The notes beneath the pieces are model-generated. The model worked only from the letters and a program-made list of their open reading frames with translations, made no database searches and had not been told where the DNA came from. A DNA stretch of 64,000 bases from an uncultured delta proteobacterium (GTDB lineage Bacteria > Desulfobacterota > Syntrophorhabdia > Syntrophorhabdales > WCHB1-27): assembly GCA_963749525.1 (NCBI GenBank), contig CAVVNC010000029.1, forward strand, positions 140 through 64,139, written 5' to 3'. Shown here piece after piece: positions 38,712 through 47,754 of this stretch (position 1 is the stretch's first letter; every line of letters begins with the position of its first letter). Both the position numbers and the translations under genes were made by a program.

Positions 38712-40075
38712 TCTCAAGTCCTCTTTCCCTGTTTGCCGCGTCAATCGTGCCTCCGAGTCTTTCGACGGCTTTCTTGGCGATGGTCAGACCCAATCCCGAA
38801 CCTGCGGCAGCAGATCGTTTTGACCGGTGAAAGGGATCGAAGATTCGAGAAAGGTCTTCCCGGGACAGTTCTTCAGAGGTATTCGTGATGCGAATCTCGG
38901 CCGCATCAGGCTTCCACGCCACATGGGCAGAAATGTCTCCTCCATCAGGACAGAATTTGGTTGCGTTATCGAGAACGTTTATGAGCGCAAGGCGCAGCGT
39001 CTCTTTGTCTGCAAGACAGGATCCGCCCTGGGAAAGGTCGGCGGCGACATGAAGGCCCCTTCGTTCTATGACAGGACGAAATTTCTCCATCAACTCTGTT
39101 ATCAGATCAGATGGATCGAGAGGTTCAGGTCGGAGCGGGGATTGCCCCATGTCCAGCTTCGACAAATCCAGGATGCGACCGATTAGGCCGTCAAGTTCAT
39201 CTATGTCTTCCCGAATTCCGTCGAGATATCCCGCCAAATCCTTTGTGTCTGCAACTCCCCGCGCCGCCTTCTCATGAAGCACTTCTTCCGCAATCCGAAT
39301 TCTTGTCAGGGGCGCTCGTAGTTCATGGGATATGTTTGCGGTAAGCTCTTTTCGGCCCTTTATCATGCCTTCGACCTTGTCCGCCATGTCGTTAAACGTC
39401 CGGGCAAGATCGCTGATCTCATCCTTGCCCCGCACGACAACCCTGTGAGAGAGATCCCCTTCCGCAAGTCAGGGCGGCAGATAAGCGGAGCTGCCTGATC
39501 CGTCTGGTGATAAGCCGGGAAACGGGAATTGCGGCCAGGGCGACAATAGTGCCTATCATGAGCAGACCTAGGGCAAAAAGGCCCCTGGGAGGAGAGAACG
39601 CCGGTCTCTTGAAGAGGATGTGGAGGTCTCCTGCGTATTTTCCCGAAGGCTCCAGGGGAATAACAGTGTGCACATCGACATCTCTGAGGGCATGGAGCCT
39701 GAAAAACCTGTGCCTCCGGGGGCGGCCTTTTCCTGAGACCTCAGACAGATCAGGGGGTTCACCGGAAAAAGATTTCAGCGCCAGCCTGCCGTCACGTCGT
39801 ATCAGCCATACCTGCGCCCCGGAAAGCCTGCCGAAATCTGTAATAAATTCTTTGAGAAGGGTATTTTCAGACAATTCGGTATCAGGAGAGGACAGGATCT
39901 TGTCCTCGGCAATTCCTTTGACCGACTGGACCTTTGATTTGACGAATTCCTCGAACCGGACTGCAAAATGGCGCGCAGGAAGCATGATGAAGAGAAAGAA
40001 GACGAGGATTTCCGTGATAAAGATAACCACAAGAAAGGACAGGAATATCTTTGTATACGTGGACCTGAGCTTCAC
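38686..40075 (-). pseudogene. sensor histidine kinase (TM-periplasmic-TM-HAMP-HisKA-HATPase), one +1 frameshift
   Basis: The GTG start overlaps the regulator stop (GTGA). The N-terminal ORF ends ...IRQLRLSAAL, and the HAMP continues in another frame as LAEGDLSHRVVVRGKDEISDLARTFNDM. The H-box is SHELRAPLT and the G-box is GSGLGLTIA. There is an extra base at about 39469. Confidence 0.8.
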
Positions 40076-40777
40076 GGAGAATCCACCAGCATGTAGCCTG
40101 CCCCCCATATCGTCTTTATTCGTTTCGGCGCACTGGGATCGGCCTCTACTTTGGACCTGAGCTTGCTGATGTGAACGTCAATACTTCTGTCGAAGGCGGT
40201 GAAATCACGCCCGCGGGCAAGGGTCATGAGCTGGTCGCGACTCATCACCGTGTTCGGGTTCTTCATGAGCACTTCGAGAATCCTGAACTCCGCGGTGGAC
40301 AGTTCCATTTCCCTGCCCTCTACGACGGCGGTCTGTTTTGCCGTATTCAGCGAGATCCCGGCAGCATTGATAATGTTGTGTCGGGTCTTTTCGCCGCCGC
40401 CTCTGTCAACGTTTGCGGATCTTCTGAGAACCGCCTTCATTCGGGCAAGAAGCTCCCTGGGATTGAACGGCTTCGGCAGATAGTCGTCCGCGCCCAGTTC
40501 GAGCCCTAACGATGCGGTCCGTATCGTCTCCCCTGGCCGTGAGCATGATAATGGGCAACCCATGGTCCTTCCTGATCTCTTTGAGTACTTCCAACCCGTC
40601 TCTTCCCGGCAGCATGATGTCCAGTATGACCAGATCGGGTGAATCTGTCGACAGGACGCCCAGCACGTCGGCGCCGTCCGCCCGGCACGTGGTGTGAAAT
40701 CCGTGATCTTTCAAATACTCTCCAAGAAGCTTGCGCAGTTTCTCGTCGTCATCAATGATTAGAACTCTGTTCCCCAC
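40072..40777 (-). pseudogene. OmpR-family response regulator, one +1 frameshift
   Basis: The receiver (RVLIIDDDEKL...DLVILDIMLPGRDG...PIIMLTARGDDTDRIV) is then shifted by an extra base at about 40507. The rest reads GLELGADDYLPKPFNPRELLARMKAVLRR plus a winged-helix C-terminus (...RIKTIWGAGYML). Confidence 0.8.
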
Positions 40778-40910
40778 GGATGTCACCCCTTTTTGCACTC
40801 TTTTACATCTATCTTACACTTCTTTTCACATCCGCAAAACTGTCTTAGCATTCTGCCGTTATCCTGTTTTTAGCGTGGGCGACGGCCCATAAAGAAATCA
40901 GGAGGGAGCA

Positions 40911-41447
40911 ATGAAGATACAAAGACGTTTCGCGGTTATCGGCGGTGCAATAGTCATCATCATGGTCTTTGCGGGCCTGGGGATTGCCGAGGTATTTGGA
41001 TCAGGAGGAAAGTTTTGCTGCAGCCCGCATTTCGGCCCGAACGGCTGCGGGTTCCGTCGCTGCCACGGGTTCGACGGAGATATGCCCGGTTTCGTGTTGA
41101 AGCGGCTGGACAATAAGATAGAGGAGCTGAACCTGACCCCCGCCCAGAAGACAAAGTACGATGAGCTCCGCGCCCACTTGGAAGAACACTTACTGGCTGC
41201 TAAAGAGGACAGGAAGAAGTTCAAGGAGATCGTTCGCAATGAACTGGCAAAAGAATCGCCCGACGTTGCGGCTTTGAATGCCATGATGAAGAAGAAGATC
41301 GAGGGCGTTTCCGCAAGCATGCAGAATGACCTCGACCTCTTTGCATCCTTCTATTCGACCCTTGACGAAGGCCAGAAGCAACGGGTAATGGCCGGGATTC
41401 GGAAAAGGATAGCTGCTATGGACGCTTGCCGGGAGGAAACACGGTGA
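40911..41447 (+). CDS. Spy/CpxP-family periplasmic protein (LTxxQ motifs)
   Basis: RBS AGGAGGGA and an N-terminal TM/signal segment. LNLTPAQKTKYDELR and LDEGQKQRV are LTxxQ-type motifs. It is divergent from the two-component genes, as with cpxP-cpxRA. Confidence 0.65.
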   Translation: MKIQRRFAVIGGAIVIIMVFAGLGIAEVFGSGGKFCCSPHFGPNGCGFRRCHGFDGDMPGFVLKRLDNKIEELNLTPAQKTKYDELRAHLEEHLLAAKEDRKKFKEIVRNELAKESPDVAALNAMMKKKIEGVSASMQNDLDLFASFYSTLDEGQKQRVMAGIRKRIAAMDACREETR

Positions 41448-42118
41448 GAGATTTCACGAGGAGAGAGTTTGTGCGGGCGGGCTCGGTGTTGGTGGGGCTT
41501 GCTGCGAGTCTTCTTGTGCCGGGCGGCAGAACCCTGTCCGTAGGGAAGGCAAATGCTGCCGGAGCCGACTTGGCCGAATCGAGCTGCAACTCCAGGGACA
41601 AGGTAGGCAAAAAGGTTCTTGTTGCTTATGCAAGCCGCTGCGGGACTACCGGCGGTGTGGCGGAGGCTGTGGGGCAGACCCTGCGCGCAACAGGGGCATC
41701 GGCAGACGTACGCTTGATAGGAAATGTGGATGATCTCGGTCCCTATCGGAGCGTGATCGTGGGGAGTGCCATTCGCGCGGGTCGATGGCTGCCGGAGGCG
41801 GTGGATTTCGTGAAGAAGCATCGTGACCGGCTGGGTCGGGTGCCTACCGCCTACTTCGTCGTGTGCGTGACCATGAAGGATGATACGCCGGAGAACCGCG
41901 GCAAAGTCTCGGCCTACCTCGACCCGGTGCGCAAAGAGGCGCCGCAGATGCAACCGGCGAACACGGGCCTTTTCGCCGGAGCGGTCGATTTCAGCAAGCT
42001 CTCCTTCGTGTACAGGTCGATGTTGAAGGCAAAGGGAGTCCGGGAAGGCGACTTCCGCAACTGGGGCGCCATCGGGGCCTGGGCTGCCGATGTCGCCCCG
42101 GCACTTCTCGGGACGTAG
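41444..42118 (+). CDS. flavodoxin-domain protein with a twin-arginine (Tat) signal peptide
   Basis: GTG 41444 lies 6 nt after GGAGGA. VRDFTRREFVRAGSVLVGLAASLL...ANA-AG is Tat-like. KVLVAYASRCGTTGGVAEAV...IVGSAIRAGRW fits flavodoxin_5/HemG-like proteins. Confidence 0.7.
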   Translation: MRDFTRREFVRAGSVLVGLAASLLVPGGRTLSVGKANAAGADLAESSCNSRDKVGKKVLVAYASRCGTTGGVAEAVGQTLRATGASADVRLIGNVDDLGPYRSVIVGSAIRAGRWLPEAVDFVKKHRDRLGRVPTAYFVVCVTMKDDTPENRGKVSAYLDPVRKEAPQMQPANTGLFAGAVDFSKLSFVYRSMLKAKGVREGDFRNWGAIGAWAADVAPALLGT

Positions 42119-42590
42119 CTTTCCAATGACCCTACGTGGCTGTCCTGGTCCGAATTGACAGTCCTCACAAAACCCGTGAGGGACCTTAGCAAGGCGCTCC
42201 ATGGGTTACTGTCCGGACCCGCTGCGCCGTACTCACTTTTCCCGCGGAATGAGACAGGGCTATTCACCGTTTTGAGGGATATTCCTTGACCGGTCCCTGC
42301 CTCTGATCATAGAACCGGAACAGCAAGGGGGCACTGATGGACGTGGTATCCGAGAGCTGGTGGCGAATCCTGGTTGTGGGGCTTGCTTGCCTTGATTGCC
42401 CGTGTGCCCATGCTTCAACTCCTGCCGCTAAGTATTAATTATGAGAAGGAGTTTGCGGAAGGGGCCACCATAGGAAGGCTCCAGGTGGATTCTAAATATC
42501 CTTTAGAACCTTTCTTTTCTGCCTTTCTAAAATTGACCTTTTGATATTAATACCAACTAAATTCTTAAAACTAAAAAGGAGGAAATGATT

Positions 42591-43097
42591 ATGACTACAA
42601 GAAAATCTAAGTGGATTATCTTCGGGATTTTTGTGATCTCAGCCTGGGTTCTGGGGTCTGCCATTCAGGCGGGGGCACAGACTGCGGTCATAAATGATGT
42701 TCTGGCGGCCTGGAATTCACATGATACGGAGAAGACGGCTTCCTTTTACACGGACGACATCGTCTATGAGGATATAGGCTTCAGTAAGACCGTGCGCGGC
42801 AAGGAAGAGCTTAGAGCCTTCATCAACGATTTTTTCGCTACATTCCCGGACCTCGATTTTGAACTGAAGTCCTCTTTCATCTCCGGCAATTGGTACTGCG
42901 CAGAATGGGTTTGGAGCGGCACTCACAAAGTCGACATGCCCGGGTTACCCGCCACCGGCAAGAGATTCTCAATACGGGGAGTCTCTGTCGGAGAATTAAA
43001 GGAGGGTAAGATCAAGAGGAACTCTGACTATTATAATAAGATGGATTTTTTGCAACAAGTCGGTATCAAACTCGTACCCGCATCCCCTCCTAAATAG
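42591..43097 (+). CDS. SnoaL-like (NTF2-fold) ester-cyclase family protein with signal peptide
   Basis: AT-richer gene. AGGAGG lies 8 nt before ATG 42591. There is a signal peptide (WIIFGIFVISAWVLGSAIQAGAQ). ASFYTDDIVYEDIG...GKEELRAFINDFFATFPDLDFEL fits the SnoaL_2 pattern. Confidence 0.7.
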   Translation: MTTRKSKWIIFGIFVISAWVLGSAIQAGAQTAVINDVLAAWNSHDTEKTASFYTDDIVYEDIGFSKTVRGKEELRAFINDFFATFPDLDFELKSSFISGNWYCAEWVWSGTHKVDMPGLPATGKRFSIRGVSVGELKEGKIKRNSDYYNKMDFLQQVGIKLVPASPPK

Positions 43098-43320
43098 CAC
43101 TATCTCGCCATTGAGAGGAGGCCGATAGAGGTAACGCTGATTGCGAACACATATCCTACACGGGGTTGCTGATTTCAATAAGGTTAGTATCCCCCCTGGC
43201 GACTTCGGCAACCCCGGTGACGCTATGCTCCCTTTCTTATCTTGTGACGGTGGGTCAGCATGAATATTTTATTCAGTAATCGTTAACTTTCGGAGCGACC
43301 TCTTTGGAATAGTTGATGGA

Positions 43321-44022
43321 CTCTTGAGCCTTTTCCAATGCCGTTACATTCCCACGATGAGCCTTACGGGAATGGATAAGCTATTATGGGGACTCGTGTA
43401 AGCATGACGCTCCCAGCGAACAGCCGAGAAACCAAGGAAAAGGAGACGGCTCGATGATAAGCCGTCCCCTCGGATTCCGATGTGATTTCTACAGATTTGA
43501 CACAGCCGTGATGGGAATCATTACGCCAAATTGTTTTGGTGCAACAGTACGAGAGACCTCTTCGGTGAGTAAAGCAACCGGTTAGAACCGCCCGCCTTTT
43601 GATCACGCAAGCCCGGGCGTCATTGCAAGCTTGAGATGACACCGGAAGGCGCCTCCTAAAAAGAGAACGCAGATCTAGGTCGGCGGATGTTGAATCCGGC
43701 CGGACAATTGCCCTTGACCGGCGCATCCGACCTCCCTATACTCCTTATCATGAAGGCCTGCCTTATCGTGTCGATGCCGGGGCCGGCCTGATCAGAGGAT
43801 AGTTCCCATGGCCAGAGCGACCCGCGAATTCCAGGTTTTTGCAAAGCCGGCAGGTCCGGTGTGCAATCTGGAGTGCCGCTATTGCTACTATCTGAAGAAG
43901 AAAGACCTCTACGAGAAGGGCGACCCGCTCCGTATGTCCGACGACATCCTGGAGGAGTACATCGTCCAGCACATCGATGCCTCGCGGGGTGAGGTGATCA
44001 GGTTTTCCTGGCACGGCGGGGA
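43321..44022 (+). repeat. direct duplicate, copy 2 (upstream region and 5' end of the intact anSME gene)
   Basis: See 37880-38521. The offset of the identical part is 5,501 bp. Confidence 0.75.
43714..43742 (+). promoter_or_regulatory. candidate sigma70 promoter of the anSME gene (TTGACC-17-TATACT)
   Basis: cccTTGACCggcgcatccgacctcccTATACTcc, 66 nt upstream of ATG 43808. It is conserved in the duplicate. Confidence 0.55.
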
Positions 44023-45064
44023 GCCGACCGTCCTCGGGCTCGACTGCTTTCGGAAAATCGTGGCGCTCCAGCGCAAGTACCGGCCTGAAGGCAAGCGCAT
44101 CGCCAACGGCATTCAAACGAACGGCACCCTTCTCGACGAGGAGTGGTGCCGTTTTCTCGCGGTGGAAGGTTTTACCGTAGGGATCAGTCTGGACGGCCCG
44201 AAGGAGATGCACGACCAATACCGCGTGGGCAAGAGGGAGACCCCAACTCACGAACAGGCAATGCGCGGATACAGGCTCCTTCGCGACCATGGAGTCCCCT
44301 GCGATGTGCTCTGCGTGGTCCACGCGGGAAATGTGCGATATCCCGTCGAGGTATACCGGTTCTTCAGGGAGATAGGGGCCGCCTACGTTGGATTCCTGCC
44401 TCTGGTCGAGCATTCGCCGGACAGGCGGACCGGAAGCGACCTCACCGTGCCCCCTGAGGCCTTCGGCGATTTCCTCTGCACTGTCTTCGACGAGTGGCTG
44501 AGCGGGGACGTCGGGCGCATCAACGTGCAGATATTCGAGGAGGCTATTGCAACGGCCTTCGGGCGGGAACACGGGCTCTGCATCTTTCGGGAGACCTGCG
44601 GCGACATCCCCGTGGTAGAGCATAACGGCGACTTCTTTTCGTGCGATCACTTTGTCGACGGGGAGCATTGCCTCGGGAATATCAGGGAGACTCCTCTCAC
44701 CCGATTGCTGGACAGCCCGGCGCAGAGGGAATTCGGACAGGTCAAAGCGGACAGGCTGCCCCGTTTCTGCAAGACCTGCGAGGTCCTCTCCATGTGCAAC
44801 GGAGGCTGTCCGAAGGATCGCTTCCTTTGCACACCGGACGGCGAGGAAGGCCTCAACTATCTGTGCGCCGGATATAAGCGCTTCTTCACCCATTGCCGCC
44901 CCTTCGTCGCCCAGGTGGCGGCCCTGTCGCGGGTGCAGAATATGGAAGGCGAAATGACATCGGCGCGCGTAGGGACCGCGGGAGGCGGCGCCAAGACGGG
45001 CCGCAACGATCCGTGCCCGTGCGGCAGCGGTAAGAAGTACAAGAAATGCTGCATGCCCAAGTGA
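43808..45064 (+). CDS. anaerobic sulfatase-maturating enzyme-like radical SAM/SPASM protein with C-terminal SEC-C motif
   Basis: CNLECRYCYY (CxxxCxxC) plus SPASM-type Cys clusters (CGDIPVVEHNGDFFSCDH, CKTCEVLSMCNGGCPKDR). The C-terminal NDPCPCGSGKKYKKCC is a SEC-C zinc motif. Confidence 0.85.
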   Translation: MARATREFQVFAKPAGPVCNLECRYCYYLKKKDLYEKGDPLRMSDDILEEYIVQHIDASRGEVIRFSWHGGEPTVLGLDCFRKIVALQRKYRPEGKRIANGIQTNGTLLDEEWCRFLAVEGFTVGISLDGPKEMHDQYRVGKRETPTHEQAMRGYRLLRDHGVPCDVLCVVHAGNVRYPVEVYRFFREIGAAYVGFLPLVEHSPDRRTGSDLTVPPEAFGDFLCTVFDEWLSGDVGRINVQIFEEAIATAFGREHGLCIFRETCGDIPVVEHNGDFFSCDHFVDGEHCLGNIRETPLTRLLDSPAQREFGQVKADRLPRFCKTCEVLSMCNGGCPKDRFLCTPDGEEGLNYLCAGYKRFFTHCRPFVAQVAALSRVQNMEGEMTSARVGTAGGGAKTGRNDPCPCGSGKKYKKCCMPK

Positions 45065-45089
45065 TCGGCTCACCGCGTTTATGTCGGAT

Positions 45090-45327
45090 CGGCCGACCGC
45101 ATGGAGAAATCGCGAGCAATTAATGGGGCTCAGCGCCCCCTCCGGCAGCATAAGCCGCCGGAGTCTCCCCCCTCATCCTCGCTTGCGCTCGGTTCGCGCC
45201 CTCTTCACCACGTGGCCGCAGATATACGAAAAGTATCATCTTCGGCCGACGTGGTTCAGATTGCATCCAAACCTCACGCGATCGTTTTTTCCAAGACGGG
45301 AAAAACGATCCTTGATCCCTCCATGCG
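45090..45327 (+). repeat. interspersed intergenic repeat, copy C (partial W, then Y 45125-45200, then X 45214-45327: module order permuted relative to copy A)
   Basis: ggggctcagcgccccctccggcagcataagccgccggag.ctcccccctca matches Y of copy B. ggccgcagatatacgaaaagtatcatcttcggcc...ggttcagattgcatccaaacctcacgcgatcgttttttccaagacgggaaaaacgatccttgatccctccatgcg matches X of copy A. Confidence 0.65.
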
Positions 45328-45340
45328 CTCATCCATCCGT

Positions 45341-45377
45341 GCCGGGGGTATCAGCTTACGCTGCTGATACCCCCGGC
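45341..45377. other. perfect 15-bp inverted repeat/hairpin between convergent genes
   Basis: gccgggggtatcagc-ttacgct-gctgatacccccggc. There is no U-tract on either strand. Confidence 0.6.
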
Positions 45378-45727
45378 AGGTACAGAAGAATGCATGTATG
45401 ATCCCGGGGTATAGGCTCCGGGGAAGCTCTTGTCATCTCGGCCCGTGCGTGGGCCAAGATGACAAGAGGCAACATCATGTTTCGGCATATAGGAGGCGCT
45501 GCCTTGTCTCCATGAGATAGCTCCCCTATCAGTTCCTCGGCGTATGGTTCCTCAATGAGCGGATCATCGTGGAGGCTCCGGGGACCCGTCAGCGGAAAGG
45601 CGAGCGGTGCCGGAGCACGGGCGACTGACGGCCGGGCTATGCGGTCATGGTAGGGCGTTCCCGGATTCACTCCTTGGGGAGCCAAAGCCCTTCTCGGCCG
45701 ACCAATGCGCGTCTGACGTAATACGTT

Positions 45728-46573
45728 CTATGTCTTAAGCTTTTCCTTGAAAAAGTCTATGGTTCGCTTCCACGCGAGGTCGGCGGCTTGCTTGTTGTAC
45801 CTGGCGAGGTTCGTATCGTTGTTGAAAGCGTGCTGGGCGCCTTCGTACATGTAGAGCCTGTAATCGACCGAGGCTGCTTTTAGCGCCTCGACGTATGCCG
45901 GGATGCCCGGGTTGATCATCTCATCGATGCCTGCGTAATGGAGAAGCAGAGACGCCTTTATCTTGGGGACATCCGCGGACGCGGGCTGCCTCCCGTAGTA
46001 CGGGACCGCTGCCGATATATCGGGTGAGTTAACGGCGAGCTGGTTTGCCATGCCTCCGCCCCAGCAGAAGCCTACGACGCCGACCTTCCCGGTAGACATG
46101 GGATGGCTCTTCAAATACTGAACCGCTGCAATGAAATTCTTTATCGTCGATTGCTGGTCCAGTTCGCTAATCAGGGCTATCGCCTTGTCCTCGTCTTTCG
46201 GGGTCCCCCCGACAGGAGAGAGGGCATCAGGGGCCAGCGCCAGAAAACCCTCCAGGGCTACGCGTCTCGCGACATCCGCGATGTGTGCGTTGAGGCCCCG
46301 ATTCTCGTGGATGACGAGAACGCCGGGGAGTCTCGCATCTCCTTTGGGCCTCGCGAGCTTGCCGCGCACTTCCCCTGTGGCGCCTTGAAATGTGATGTCC
46401 TCCGTGTAGAGGCGGGGATCGTCCTTCGGAACCAGGTCTGCCCTCGCGTATCCCTTCTCCAATGAGACGAGAAGAGCGTTCGCCGCTACGGTTCCTCCCA
46501 TGAGAACGGATAGCCGTTTCAGGAATTCGCGGCGATCCAGGGACCCGCGACTATGCTCGTCGTAGAGGTTCAT
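45728..46573 (-). CDS. dienelactone hydrolase family protein with Tat signal
   Basis: ATG 46573 follows GGAGGGA (the ORF is open further upstream). SLDRREFLKRLSVLMGGTVAANA is Tat-like. VLVIHENRGLNAHI...VGVVGFCWGG...H fits the DLH catalytic pattern. Confidence 0.8.
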   Translation of the reverse strand: MNLYDEHSRGSLDRREFLKRLSVLMGGTVAANALLVSLEKGYARADLVPKDDPRLYTEDITFQGATGEVRGKLARPKGDARLPGVLVIHENRGLNAHIADVARRVALEGFLALAPDALSPVGGTPKDEDKAIALISELDQQSTIKNFIAAVQYLKSHPMSTGKVGVVGFCWGGGMANQLAVNSPDISAAVPYYGRQPASADVPKIKASLLLHYAGIDEMINPGIPAYVEALKAASVDYRLYMYEGAQHAFNNDTNLARYNKQAADLAWKRTIDFFKEKLKT

Positions 46574-46842
46574 GGCTTCCCTCCGGTGGATGGTCAATTC
46601 TTGGAGGAGCCCCTCCATATCTAAGGGATCCGGGTTAGCCGGCTTGGCTCTCTCCGTCCTTATGAATTTTTCCGCCGCCTCACTGAAAGGTCTGTTCTCG
46701 GCCATGGCGAATTACCTCCGATCGGGTTTAGGAGTCTTCGACTATCATAGCAAACCACAGTCAAACAGTAAAGAGCAGGGCCCGAAAGGCTTCCGCATCT
46801 TTTAAGGGAAAGGACCGATCGCGCCGGAGGCGGGGGACTGCA

Positions 46843-47754
46843 CTAGGCATGCGCTGCTTTCGCCCGTTTCAGTCCTTCCAGCAGCCTGTGGACGAGCCCA
46901 TCGGCATCCTCTTTCGCACCTTCCGCTCGATCCTTGAAGATGATCCGCCCGTCTTCGGCGCCGAAGACCGCATGGAGCGTCACGCGCCCGCCTGAGAGGG
47001 CCGCGTTGACGCCAAGGGGCACGCTGCAGCCGCCGCCCACGCCCGTCTGGAACGTGCGCTCGAGGCCGACCTCGAACCTGGTGGAAGGGTCGTCAAGGGG
47101 CCGCACCAGCTCGGATGCCCCATCGGCCTGTCTCGTCTCGATGCCGATGGCCCCCTGGCCGCTCGGAGGCACCATGACCTCGAAAGGCAGCATCTCCTTC
47201 ACCCTGCCTGCGTACCCCATCCTCTTTAGCCCTGCGTAGGCGAGAACAACTGCGTCCAGGTCCTGCTCCGCGAGCTTCCTCATCCTCGTATCCACATTGC
47301 CCCTCAAGGGGACTATCTCTAAGTCCGGCCTTGACGCGAGGAGCTGGGCCTTGCGGCGCATGCTGCTCGTGCCGATCCTCGCGCCCTGCGGCGTATCGGC
47401 GAGCCGCTCGTGCTTCAGGGAGACGAACGTGTCGTGGGGGTCCTCCCTTTCGAGGATGGCGCCCAGGACCAGCCCGGGTGCGAGGTCCGTGGGCAGGTCC
47501 TTCATGCTGTGGACCGCGAGGTCTATCTCCCCCCGGCTGAGGGCTTCCTCTATCTCCTTGATGAAGAGGCCCTTCTCTCCGATGAGATAAAGGGGGGTGT
47601 TCCACACGGAATCACCGGTGGTCTTTATGATCAGGGTCGTAAACGCACAGTCCGGATAGAGGGCCTTAAGGCGTTCTATCACGAGATTCGTCTGGGTCAG
47701 GGCGAGCTTACTCCCCCTTGTCCCCACTGTCCATATCTTTTTCATTCTCCGCAC
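46843..47754 (-). CDS. hemC: hydroxymethylbilane synthase (porphobilinogen deaminase)
   Basis: TRGSKLALTQT...AVHSMKDLPT...GNVDTRMRKL...GGCSVPLG are HemC signatures. The start is GTG 47754 or ATG 47745; it overlaps the hemA 3' end. Confidence 0.9.
   Translation of the reverse strand: MRRMKKIWTVGTRGSKLALTQTNLVIERLKALYPDCAFTTLIIKTTGDSVWNTPLYLIGEKGLFIKEIEEALSRGEIDLAVHSMKDLPTDLAPGLVLGAILEREDPHDTFVSLKHERLADTPQGARIGTSSMRRKAQLLASRPDLEIVPLRGNVDTRMRKLAEQDLDAVVLAYAGLKRMGYAGRVKEMLPFEVMVPPSGQGAIGIETRQADGASELVRPLDDPSTRFEVGLERTFQTGVGGGCSVPLGVNAALSGGRVTLHAVFGAEDGRIIFKDRAEGAKEDADGLVHRLLEGLKRAKAAHA

Noticed and set aside
42337-42438. 33-aa ORF MDVVSESWWRILVVGLACLDCPCAHASTPAAKY upstream of the SnoaL-like gene
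   Set aside because: It is too short to support from one sequence, its SD (agggggcactg) is weak, and it sits in an AT-rich intergenic patch. I note it only as a possible small membrane peptide.
43763-45151. 462-aa minus-strand ORF, and similar long antisense ORFs (14307..15521, 23739..24998, 20200..21177, 54751..56031, 56872..58329, 57921..59423, 60291..61235, 62008..62781)
   Set aside because: Each is antisense to a gene with clear family signatures (anSME, pncB, Mo-oxidoreductase, ADH, CNNM, accA, dnaE, guaA). None has motifs of its own. All show GC-rich shadow-frame composition.
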